From positions 1 to 54,642 of the forward strand of contig JBLWGC010000220.1 in assembly GCA_048772705.1 (NCBI GenBank): 54,642 nt of DNA, written 5' to 3'. The position numbers and the translations under genes were made by a program. Below are positions 19,701-28,130 of the stretch, piece by piece; position 1 is the first letter of the stretch, and each line of letters opens with the position of its first letter. Origin of the DNA: Leidyana gryllorum EB-2025a. Lineage: Eukaryota; Protista; Apicomplexa. The notes below the pieces were generated by a model, which was not told the DNA's origin, did not search any database, and saw nothing but the letters and a program-made list of their open reading frames with translations.

Positions 19701-21321
19701 TGCCGCGCTGAAGTATTTCAACGCGATGCAGGATGGCAAGTTCCTGCGCTGGTCGCTGTTCTTACAGCAGTACGACTTGGAGTTCATCTACCTAGAAGGG
19801 GAGGACAACGTCGTGGCCGATTACTTGTCGCGGCACCCAGCAGATGACGAAGGCGGGATAGATATGGAAGAGTATTGCGTGCCGCTCTTCGAGGCTGAGG
19901 CAGTCGCGCAGATCTGGCCACCCCCGTTGCTCCCGTCGATCCCTCAGTTACGAGAGGCGTCTAAATCGATCCCTCCGGGAGAGGAGAATCTGATAAGAAA
20001 AGGGCCGGAAGGCCTGTATTACAAAATAGGGAGTACGAAGCTGTGGATTCCACCAGACTGGCGAGAGACCCTCTTATACTGGTTCCACTGCGGGAAGGCC
20101 GGGATGCACGTGGCGGTAAACCGGATGCTGAGGCTTATGCGGCAGTGGGTCTACTGGCCAGGGATGTCCGAGCAGGCCGCAGAGTATGTCAGGGCGTGCA
20201 TCGTGTGTCAGCGACTCCGTAAGCCGACGAAGCGGGCCCTCGTGGGCATGTTGACTAAGCCGTGGCCGTGCGAGATAGTCAGTATCGACCTCGTCGGGCC
20301 GAGACGATGGAAAGGGGAAGCTTACTGGTGGGTGGTGATCGTGGATCATTACTCGCGATTCATGGTAGTGGAGGTACTGTGGGAGCCCCCAACGGCCAAG
20401 AGCGTGGCCAAGGCCCTCCGGGAGAAGTGGCTCTATACCTTCCAGGTCCCTACCGCGATACTTACCGACAGAGGATCGGTGTTCCAGGGGGCTGCCTTTC
20501 GCGAGCTTGTGGACATCGAAATGGGGTGTACCCACTACTTCACCACGGCTCATTACCCGCAAGGCAACGGGATCAACGAGGCCTCGCACGAGTTTCTCAA
20601 GCGGGGCGTTGACGCTCTGGTAGCCGAGGGCACCGCGGAGCCGCTGGAGACTCTGGTCGCGTCGCTAGTGATGGCCTATAACGCCACGCCCCATGTAGCT
20701 ACGGCGCGGTCGCCGTTCTACATGTTGATGGGGTTCGAGCCGGCGATCGCCGGTTGGCAGGCGCTGCGACAAGACAACAACGAGGCTAGAGTCGCGCAAC
20801 AGCGCGCCCACCGGTTGCAAGGGTACGTAGGGTGGGTGCTGGCGCAGCGAACGCGGGCGCTGGAGGCGCAACCCGCCAAGGCGATAACAGTAGGTGACTG
20901 GGTCCTGACCGAGGCGTCCAAGGAAGCCCGAGACGCTATGCTGCAAGCAGATCTCCACGGCCCCACGTCGTCTAGCTTCCGCCACTCCCTGCCGTGTCGC
21001 GTGGTGCGAGTCCGGGACGGTAGTGCCACAGTGGCGCACCTGGGCCGGGCCGAGGAGCTGCGTACAGTAGCGCTCCGGAAGCTTACCCCACTGCCCGCTG
21101 CTATCCCCGGGTCACTCTTCCAACTTACCGTCGACCACGTGGAGAAGAACGAAGGGCAGTGGCTACGAGAGAGGCCTTTGAATCGGGGCTGGCCCAAGGA
21201 CGTTACTGTGGAGGATGTCGTCTTGCAGGGGCGAGCGCGGGTGGAAGATCCGCTACGACCCACGGCGGACGGCCCGCCCGCTAAGAAGCGCCGCGCGCCC
21301 TCTAGAGTGGTAATCGATTGA
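16690..21321 (+). CDS. gag-pol: Gag-Pol polyprotein, 1543 aa, single frame
   Basis: Two CCHC knuckles (CFRCGLKGHHSKDC, CEHCDKKGHAATTC), aspartic protease IVDTGA, RT (LPFG, YIDD), RNase H (NTDAC, EQEAFA, TDH), integrase HHCC plus D-D-E (SIDLVG, TDRG, NGINE), C-terminal PPAKKRR NLS-like motif. Confidence 0.96.
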   Translation: MSDTPMLSKPIGTPAASEVNVSHSHGSAGGCSGNHEAVLLEFLANDERFPREPHEDDVVEQLNRRAKFLNFLNLAPFDPPNERAFEDWVDAAAAQIKRFGLCSELFRDAWALVATPNVAATLRSLPAGLQYEEMVERVAKRHFRHSDYVEELELEIAAGKRAGTVPDAVAWMRSVCRRFVRVRDRRQHDSLLTEGRLRMLFKRSLPLDVLERLSYMPNLDSLTALMDGAEFAEAECAKKRARTGVPLFTAEPPATDESMEEKTAEPPKAPADTPKKEVEKPPCFRCGLKGHHSKDCEYKEKKCEHCDKKGHAATTCRALVKRDPKSQRIKLRVMETRAGHVLQSKEPYSAEEKIVSAEELLEILRSRAAKVRERKAKHYRELKEAAKKKAAEEEKADAKVCEAEDSSSETDDEGVLEETCRLLKDYLGEREVYRCSPNGFGKAFRMPVKINGVEFEAIVDTGAAFSVCGPSLRKKFGLRATGDTVNFAGLGTARGRKLEPVKLEIGGVGFEQSFWVVETHHDQLLVGMDALKTSGLLLDPLEGQLLPRRVEALMVELTEEEKRANAAKDVVTGYEIGATDEEKKAEARATFHAITSHLSPERVSELWDIWWEYKDAWLDPVPGRVKVSTASFEVYGKPYRARLRPLTAELKEELDKQLQSMLKAGVIRPSKSPWGASPLFVKKKTGEWRIVVDYRPLNAQMVPDAYPLPHVWDLCQLAAGHEWYSALDCANGFWNVRLEEGSMPYTAMITHAGTYEYTVLPFGVRNSPSECQRALDLAFGSVRCATRYIDDITIWGDTKEEHDATLREVLAAAREAGFFFKLKKTELYRREVNMLGFRVSREGIRPSPKKVQGIVNAPAPTNLRELREFLGMSSYLRKFVQDYSTIAEPLTSLTKQSHPFEWGPEQQRAFALVKKGIAEAALLAYPKGPGLFVINTDACKKGVGAVLMQAQEGTLVTLEYASKKLTDAETRWSTSEQEAFAVVWAVKKFHDYIRTRKTFVITDHAALKYFNAMQDGKFLRWSLFLQQYDLEFIYLEGEDNVVADYLSRHPADDEGGIDMEEYCVPLFEAEAVAQIWPPPLLPSIPQLREASKSIPPGEENLIRKGPEGLYYKIGSTKLWIPPDWRETLLYWFHCGKAGMHVAVNRMLRLMRQWVYWPGMSEQAAEYVRACIVCQRLRKPTKRALVGMLTKPWPCEIVSIDLVGPRRWKGEAYWWVVIVDHYSRFMVVEVLWEPPTAKSVAKALREKWLYTFQVPTAILTDRGSVFQGAAFRELVDIEMGCTHYFTTAHYPQGNGINEASHEFLKRGVDALVAEGTAEPLETLVASLVMAYNATPHVATARSPFYMLMGFEPAIAGWQALRQDNNEARVAQQRAHRLQGYVGWVLAQRTRALEAQPAKAITVGDWVLTEASKEARDAMLQADLHGPTSSSFRHSLPCRVVRVRDGSATVAHLGRAEELRTVALRKLTPLPAAIPGSLFQLTVDHVEKNEGQWLRERPLNRGWPKDVTVEDVVLQGRARVEDPLRPTADGPPAKKRRAPSRVVID
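16773..16790 (+). promoter_or_regulatory. Primer-binding site, tRNA-Pro-like (TGGGGGCTGTTCTGGGAA)
   Basis: Starts 2 nt after the 5' LTR with TGG; resembles the classical tRNA-Pro PBS TGGGGGCTCGTCCGGGAT. Confidence 0.7.
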
Positions 21322-21342
21322 GGGACTCGGCGGGAGGGGAGC
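21321..21342 (+). promoter_or_regulatory. Polypurine tract
   Basis: agggactcggcgggaggggagc immediately before the 3' LTR. Confidence 0.8.
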
Positions 21343-21521
21343 TGAGCGGTCAGGCGCAGTGAGGCAAAACGCGAAGGCAATGTTATGTCGCCGACATCCT
21401 TTTAGTCTTTTGTAAATAGATCAGAGCTAGTTGATAACTAATGAGCGACACGCCTATGTTGAGTAAGCCTATAGGAACCCCCGCAGCCTCGGAGGTTAAC
21501 GTGAGCCATTCACACGGCTCA
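21343..21521 (+). repeat. 3' LTR (179 bp)
   Basis: Identical to the 5' LTR; followed by TSD TCTC. Confidence 0.96.
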
Positions 21522-22920
21522 TCTCTTCCCTCGTCCTCACGCGCTCATCGATACCGCCGTGCAAACTCTGCTCTTCGACTGAATAACTGCAGGTCGCTGC
21601 CTCGCTGGCATTCAGGGGGCGCGTCTTGACACTATCGAGCGATCCCTTCTTATCTCGCGAACCGGACTCTTTCACTCGGTGTTGGCTTCCTCCAGCAACT
21701 GCTTTCCCCCATGTGACGCCGGCCCCGCGTGTGATCCCACACGCCTCAAGAAGTGTGTCGGATCCGCTAACCGTAGGCTTCCAGGCCCCTTCTTCCTGAC
21801 CCTCCATCTTCTCGGCAGCAATTTTCTCTTCGAGGAGTTTGACGATTGACGGGACCGTAGTGGAGCTGCGCATAGTCTCTTCGTTCGGAGAGTCAGCCTC
21901 TTCCGACCGTCTGAGCTCTTTTCGAAGGGACCGGGAAGCTTTGAAAATCGGAACTTGTTGAGGGTCAAAACACCGCATCCCCAGAGGAGCTGCCGGAGTA
22001 CCCTCCGTACGCTGATTTTCTCGCGTGGATTCCGGGGGTCGATGGTACGGGGCGCTCACAGACTGGTCGGAGACACAATGACCACTGTGGCTGCTCTCCG
22101 TCGCGGCCTCACCACCCAACAGCGAAGCGGCCGCCGATGCACCTGTGGTCATCCGGTGCAGGGGCAGTGTGATTGCTGTTTGCACAGCCTGATCCCTCCG
22201 AGAGACGGGTCGTCTCGCGAAAGCGGTGTTGACGACAGCGGCTAATTCGTTGATTTTTTCCTCCAATTGATGCACAAAGGACATTCTTTGTGTGGATGGA
22301 CTCGATGAGCGTCGCACTGTCGCAGACGTCTCCGCTCCAAGACTCGGCTCGGCGGTGCCGGCAGGGAGGGGAACGGGATGGTTGTTTGAGGACAGCCCAC
22401 GGCGCAACGGGGTTCGTGGCAGCGGGGCGGGGATAGCCTGAAGACTGCGCCTTGGCCTTGGGACGGGGGGACTCCCTCTGAGAGGCGTCGATTCCTCAGC
22501 ACCATCGGGCGTCGGTCTCGGTGCAGCCGCGCTGCTGGAAGAGTGAAGAGTCTCCTCTGCACTTCTGTTTGTCTCAGCCGGGGGGAGCGAGACGAAAGCG
22601 GCATTTGAAGCGACGACACACGGTAACACCGAGAACACACTGTTTAGCTGACGGGTTTGGTGGGTTTGATGCAGTGGAGGCCGCATGTCGGGGGAGGATT
22701 TGGTAAATTTTGGGATTTAGGGCAACGCGTGAGATCTCTTAACGCCGGTCAGATTGATCGAATGAGAGGAGAGCCCACATAATAGAGTTTACAATGAGCT
22801 GATGGTCTGTTGGTTGCTGAGTGAGTTGAGAGTTCAACTTTTCCATTATGCAAAAAACTCGCTGCTCGCCCGGAGTGCGCAAAATAGCCTTCCTGAATCT
22901 TCGGTCGGAGTGCAATTCCG

Positions 22921-22945
22921 ACAGACAGACAGACAGACAGACAGA
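22921..22945. repeat. (CAGA)n microsatellite; the same motif occurs as (TCTG)n at ~2425-2446
   Basis: acagacagacagacagacagacaga. Confidence 0.8.
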
Positions 22946-22956
22946 AAGAAATCATT

Positions 22957-24132
22957 TCAATCATCAGTGGGTAGACTTGACGAGATCTCCTCGTCGAAAA
23001 TAACATCGACTGTTTCTTCCCCGGTGGATCCGCGTCGTAAGATCGTCCTGCCATGAATCTCAAACTCGGGCCCCTTCGAAGCTGTAGCTTCCATCGCTCG
23101 TCGACGGAATTTGTGCTGCATCTCGGGCCACTGATGGAATTCAATCCGGAGGTCATTAATTTCATACACAGTTTCTGCTTCTCCAGTCTCATCAGGCATC
23201 TCTAGTCTGAACCGGATAACTCTCTTCACAGGAGCCCCCACGCTCGGCGTCCACCAGTCTGCCCCAAAGCCCCCTAACAACTCACAGTGCTCCCCGCGTC
23301 GAAGCCACGTGTCAAAGTTATCAGCGGTCGCCCGAATGATCACCTCACAGCTCTTTTCGTTCGACTTCAAGTTGAGATGGGAAGGCATGTCGAGCGCAGA
23401 AGTTGTCAGAATTCGGATGGACGTCGTCTCTGGCAAGTCCGGAGGAAGCAATTTGGTACGTGAAGCAATCCACAACACGAACGGAACCATTTGACTCGGG
23501 TCGGTGGGGGTCCCTAAGCCAAGAGCCTCACAGACGACAGCACTCCCGATCCAGTCGAGGCAGTCGTGGGAAACATCCAGCCCGAAATTCACATCCTCAA
23601 TCGGTTTACTTAGGAGCTGACGGTACTGGAGGTCACAATCCATCAGACTTTTCCTGACGGTGAAGGGGCTCGCCCTTTCCCCCTCTGATGGCAGATTCAT
23701 GTCGGCTGCGGCGTTCGTCCTCTTCCGGGCCCTCATTGATCCTCCTACTGCTCCTGAAGTGCCTCTGGGACCGACTGCATCGTCAAGTTGCTGCCCTGCC
23801 TCCCCCTCGGCAGGCCCACGGGGTTTCGCTGCTACAATGCCCCTTCCTTCCCCATCAGAGGGATGGAACCCTCCCTGGTGGGGAGATTCCCACGTCTGCA
23901 CAGCTCGTTGGATAGATGACCGGTGGGAGTGGCCAGCGTCCCTACTGGGAAGCAGTGATGTAACTGCACTCTCTTTGTAGTTAGCAGCGGTTCCTACACC
24001 CTCCTGGGTGGACCCTTCTGGCATTGTGTACATTGAGTCTTGAGTCATGCCCATCGCCACCGTCAAGGGTAGGGCCACGAGGGAGGCGGCGGTGTGAGAG
24101 GCTTGCAGACTGTGACATTGAGGAGGTCGCAT
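22957..24132 (-). CDS. Orphan protein, leader-family gene 5 (family B), ~391 aa
   Basis: ATG 24132 MRPPQCH...LVALPLTVAM; core KLLPPDL...IRIL...FDTWLRRG...ELLGGFGADWW. Confidence 0.8.
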   Translation of the reverse strand: MRPPQCHSLQASHTAASLVALPLTVAMGMTQDSMYTMPEGSTQEGVGTAANYKESAVTSLLPSRDAGHSHRSSIQRAVQTWESPHQGGFHPSDGEGRGIVAAKPRGPAEGEAGQQLDDAVGPRGTSGAVGGSMRARKRTNAAADMNLPSEGERASPFTVRKSLMDCDLQYRQLLSKPIEDVNFGLDVSHDCLDWIGSAVVCEALGLGTPTDPSQMVPFVLWIASRTKLLPPDLPETTSIRILTTSALDMPSHLNLKSNEKSCEVIIRATADNFDTWLRRGEHCELLGGFGADWWTPSVGAPVKRVIRFRLEMPDETGEAETVYEINDLRIEFHQWPEMQHKFRRRAMEATASKGPEFEIHGRTILRRGSTGEETVDVIFDEEISSSLPTDD

Positions 24133-24437
24133 TCTCACAAAGTGGGTGAAAAAGAAATTTCCGCTTGCGCAACACACACGGGCGTACAACCTGGGACCGA
24201 ACTGATGATTCGGAACCCATTGGTCAACTTCAAACACGCGGTCCAAGTTCACCGCCGTATTACGGACATCAATTGCGTTTTCTAAATCCGTTCCTGGCCG
24301 TTATCAGATTGAGCATAGTTGATGCCAATCACGCACACGTGTTTTGATCAGCCGGTGTCTCGGTGTTAGCCTAGCCAGGGTTAAGGCTGCGCACATCCTT
24401 CTTGCCGGGGGCCACGAAACTCAATCAATCAAAAAAA

Positions 24438-25652
24438 CTACCACACACCCATTGTTACCAGCCCCGTGTCTCGGTCATAGTGCTGAGGTACGGGCTCTTC
24501 CCACGTAAAGAACACACTGATTTTGTCCTTAGGTTGGTCGAAAGTGGCACATATGGTATGATGCCAGACGGTCTCAAATGAAGGTGTCACAATTTGCTTG
24601 CGCACAATGCGGCTAAGCTCGACATGCTGGGGCCCAGATACTCCTTTTGCCAGTGACGTCAAGGCTGCAGTGCGGAGATGCTTCTTCAACGCGACCCAGG
24701 CGCCAAAGGGGATTCGACTACCCGATATGACAAACGTGAATTCCTGTTGTCCTCGTTCGGGGAGCCGTAAGGTGAGTGTCGTGGCATCGGGTGCTGACCG
24801 GGACTTGCACGACAGCCACCAATCGACACCTCCACCCCCAATCAATTCACCATTCCCCGTCCAGGTTTCAACGCTGTCAGGCTTTACCCAGAAAGTCAAA
24901 TCGGTGTTTTGGCCATTTGAGGTTGACAATAAGGAGAGATATGACCTCTTGACCACTCGGATAGGTACTGTACGTGGGAAGTGAGGAGGAAGCAAGTTGG
25001 CCGCCATCGCAGCCTGGTACATGACGCAATGGGCCCATTTCTTCGATATCCTCGAGGCATCAGCCTGCACTCGCTCGATCTGAGCTCGAAAGTCGTCGAC
25101 ACCGCTTCTCATTGCCGGTACTTCAGACCTGCTGCTGGGAACATCACATTGTCTGGATTCATCTCCGGTCGCCTCTGTCGTAGATCCAGAGTCATCACAA
25201 ACTGCTCTTCTCCTCGCCGAAAGGTCCCTGTATTGTTGCAACGCCTCGGCCAGCCTTCGTAAGCTCGCGTCGATCAGCTTCGACCCCGAGGAATCTGTCT
25301 CGCCAGAGACCTGTTCTGCAATAGTTTGGCTCGTCGTTGCCTCCTCCTCATTGCCATAGAGCGTCACAGCGGGTTCAACAACAGAGGGGCATTGCTCCAC
25401 AGTTTCAAAAGCTTCCACAACAACAGCCTCCGAAAGCTCTGGTGAAACTGCCCCCGGTCTCGGTGGGAGAGAATGGGCTTCTGTGAGACGCTTAAAAGTC
25501 GTGAGAGCGCTCTCAAAACTTGACTCCACAATCTCCTGTGACTGCTCGTCGGTCAATGCGTCATGATGTCCGCTGGAGGCCAGCACACACGGCAACACAA
25601 TGATGGAAGGAGTGCGGGAGCGTTCGCCATTTTGGCATTGTGGGGGTCGCAT
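24438..25652 (-). CDS. Orphan protein, leader-family gene 6 (family B), ~404 aa
   Basis: ATG 25652 MRPPQCQ...IIVLPCVLAS; core NLLPPHF...IRVV...VETW...ELIGGGGVDWW. Confidence 0.8.
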   Translation of the reverse strand: MRPPQCQNGERSRTPSIIVLPCVLASSGHHDALTDEQSQEIVESSFESALTTFKRLTEAHSLPPRPGAVSPELSEAVVVEAFETVEQCPSVVEPAVTLYGNEEEATTSQTIAEQVSGETDSSGSKLIDASLRRLAEALQQYRDLSARRRAVCDDSGSTTEATGDESRQCDVPSSRSEVPAMRSGVDDFRAQIERVQADASRISKKWAHCVMYQAAMAANLLPPHFPRTVPIRVVKRSYLSLLSTSNGQNTDLTFWVKPDSVETWTGNGELIGGGGVDWWLSCKSRSAPDATTLTLRLPERGQQEFTFVISGSRIPFGAWVALKKHLRTAALTSLAKGVSGPQHVELSRIVRKQIVTPSFETVWHHTICATFDQPKDKISVFFTWEEPVPQHYDRDTGLVTMGVW

Positions 25653-25764
25653 TCTGGGACACTGAAAATTTCCTAACAACGCGGTCAACGACTCTCAATA
25701 ACAAACATAGAAAAGAAAACAGTTTCTTTCGTGTCGTAGGGTTACAATTCACAAATTTCATCTG

Positions 25765-27192
25765 TTAGCTGGAAATGCACGACGGTTCAAAAGTCGGCGT
25801 CTGAGCATTCGTAGAAAAATATCTGTCAGCTGTCACTTGGCCTAATTTCTCGGTCCAAACGGTCTCCCAAGCTATCTTCACATCTTCTTGCCACTCTGCC
25901 GATAACTGAATGGGTTGGGGGTCAGACGGTCTCTGGAGGTCTATAAGCATTTCGTGAGAGTAAGTTCTGATCATTTCCGTCTGTTTCAAGGTGCAACGGT
26001 GTCGGGCGATCCTGACCTGTCTTGGTTCCCCATCATCTTTGTCCCCGAACTTTCCTTCGCGCACCATCTGACAGAGTTTGCCTTGTAGCGGTCGCCAAAG
26101 CTCGAAGGGAATGTGGGCTTCAGACATTAGAAACTTGAAGTATTCCCCCTTTCCCATTGGCCTTATCATCAGTGTTCTTGGCTTTGAATTGCAGTGTGTC
26201 CAGAATGTACCCGGCAGCCAGCACGACATGTTTTTGAAACCTATCAAAACACAGTCCCCGCCCGTGCCCAGCCAACTTTCGAGCCTCTCTTGCTGCTTTC
26301 GGATCGTCAGAGTGGGCGTCCCGTCTCCCGCATCGGGAGCATTGACTCCCACGTCTTTGTGGCTTACCAAACTAATACGCCCCTTTCCACTTCCCATACT
26401 CAACGGAATCAGACCGGCTTCAATCGCGGCTCGCAGGGCGTAGGGCACCTGATCGTTCTGTGATTTGGGGGCTGGACCGGAGACCCCAAACACTTGGTCA
26501 GGTTGCATCCGACTGTGGGCTTTGAAAGGCAGCGATGACCGCCCGTAGTTGACATCCACGTCATACCGCCCCTCAAATCCACTGGACAGGACGCTGTGGA
26601 GTTTTCTTTCTTGTCCTCCCCCAATTGCACCTCCTGAGACCTTCGCCTGCAACCCTTTGAATCCGATGTACAGAACGCCTCTCTTCATGTCTTTGGCTCG
26701 GCGCATCAAAACTGCGCTCAATCCCCACGCGTGCATCGGATGAATCTCAATCGACCCCTCCGGAGTTGTCAGCAGGCCATCTTTCGTCTCCTTCACAGCG
26801 AATCCATTGCCAGACAACCATTTCTGGACAGTCCGGGTGAACGCCGAATGGCTCGTGGCCATTTGGCTCACTGCCTTTTCGGATAGAGTCATCAAATCCT
26901 CCTCTGTATAGCGCACTTCGACTTGTTTGGGGCTCTTCCTCGGCTTCCCTCCCTCCTGAGAGCACACATCCAACAAGACTGCCTCGAGTTGATCTGGTTT
27001 TGAGATTCTAGACTTCAATACATTTCCCCCTTGAGCCTTCTTTCCACCTTTGCAGGAGGACGGAGGAATTTCAGCACTTTCAAATTGAGGAACAACAACA
27101 CTACCGCCTGCACTCGACACTAAGAAGGGTATCCACCCAACAAACCCATCGCTTGTGACGCATTCGGTAGTCGGACATTTGGGAGGCCGCAT
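25765..27192 (-). CDS. Orphan protein, leader-family gene 7 (family B), ~475 aa
   Basis: ATG 27192 MRPPKC...WIPFLVSS; close paralog of gene 8 (GVNAPDAGDGTPTLTIR, WLGTGGDCVLIG). Confidence 0.85.
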   Translation of the reverse strand: MRPPKCPTTECVTSDGFVGWIPFLVSSAGGSVVVPQFESAEIPPSSCKGGKKAQGGNVLKSRISKPDQLEAVLLDVCSQEGGKPRKSPKQVEVRYTEEDLMTLSEKAVSQMATSHSAFTRTVQKWLSGNGFAVKETKDGLLTTPEGSIEIHPMHAWGLSAVLMRRAKDMKRGVLYIGFKGLQAKVSGGAIGGGQERKLHSVLSSGFEGRYDVDVNYGRSSLPFKAHSRMQPDQVFGVSGPAPKSQNDQVPYALRAAIEAGLIPLSMGSGKGRISLVSHKDVGVNAPDAGDGTPTLTIRKQQERLESWLGTGGDCVLIGFKNMSCWLPGTFWTHCNSKPRTLMIRPMGKGEYFKFLMSEAHIPFELWRPLQGKLCQMVREGKFGDKDDGEPRQVRIARHRCTLKQTEMIRTYSHEMLIDLQRPSDPQPIQLSAEWQEDVKIAWETVWTEKLGQVTADRYFSTNAQTPTFEPSCISS

Positions 27193-28130
27193 GGTGTACC
27201 ACAAAATTTCGCTTAGCCAAAGTGCAAATGCTATTGTTGGCTCAGCAGATCAACAATGTGCCGTCGACCACTTCTGTCTCGCATACTCCATTGACAGTCG
27301 GAGGCCGTTGCTTTGAATTGATGTCGTTACACCGACTGACACCAATCTTTGGTCCGGGTGCGCCTCAGACACCCCCTCGATAGCGAGTGCTAACCATCTC
27401 GCGCAGAGCACTCTTTGTGCTGGCGAGGGCTGAATGGAAACTGTCGACTTGTCACACATTTTGTCGGTTTCGAGCTCTATCGGGGGCACTGTGCGTCATC
27501 TCCTCCAGCCCATGAGTCAGTATTATGCCAAGAACGGCTTTTCACGTCTCTCCTGACCTGCGGATCAAAAATGACAGTATGCCCCAAATGGTCGAATGCT
27601 CATTGGATGGAGATCGAGTGACGAGTTTGGAGGAATTTTCGAAGCCGCCTCATATGATATCTGCTGTCTCAGGGCTCTCAGAACCTGTGTTGGTGGCTTT
27701 GTTCCTTCCGAGAAGCTCCAATCGACATTCTGCAACCTGAAGACGCTACGGCTGTGGTACCCTCACACACCTTTGGTCGACACCGGCCGAAGAGAGGGTA
27801 GCTGGAAGCTGTAAAGGGCACATCACCAGCATCTTTGATTTGAGCATCAATCCCAATTCCGTGATAATGCGACTGAGCGGTCTCCGAGTTTACCCCCCAG
27901 TTGTTTCGTTCAGATACTGATAGAGACGTATAATAATTTAGACTGATGATTGATTTCGATCCATCGTCGGTTAGAACACACTGCTCACGGACGCGTGCCG
28001 CCAATAATTAGACGCTTCATTGATTTGGCCCACTAAAATGAAGGCCTTTCTAAATCTGGAGGTTGAATTCTATTGGACCTTGCATTCTATTTGTATCGGT
28101 TCCTGGGGGTCACTTCCTCAAATGAGAGAT

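Larger units (their letters stand above)
16592..21521 (+). mobile_element. Intact Ty3/gypsy (Metaviridae) LTR retrotransposon, 4930 bp
   Basis: Two identical 179-bp LTRs (TG...CA); TSD TCTC at 16588-16591 and 21522-21525; PBS and PPT present; single gag-pol ORF in PR-RT-RH-IN order. Confidence 0.97.
15353..22686 (-). pseudogene. Leader-family gene 4 (family B), ~799 aa before insertion, interrupted by the LTR retrotransposon (5' part 22686-21522, 3' part 16587-15353)
   Basis: Removing the element plus one TCTC copy gives 1165+1235=2400 nt, one open frame reading ...RVRTREE-TIADV-MRGFFRPP... It joins the MRPPLHQ...LPCVVAS leader half to the family B domain half. Confidence 0.9.

Noticed and set aside
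21441-21629. 62-aa ORF repeating the Gag N-terminus
   Set aside because: Copy of the LTR-internal ATG in the 3' LTR running into flanking DNA.
27250-28100. Possible ninth leader-family remnant (REQCVLT in 27678-28004)
   Set aside because: No ATG, no MRPP, wrong spacing and no family A or B motifs.
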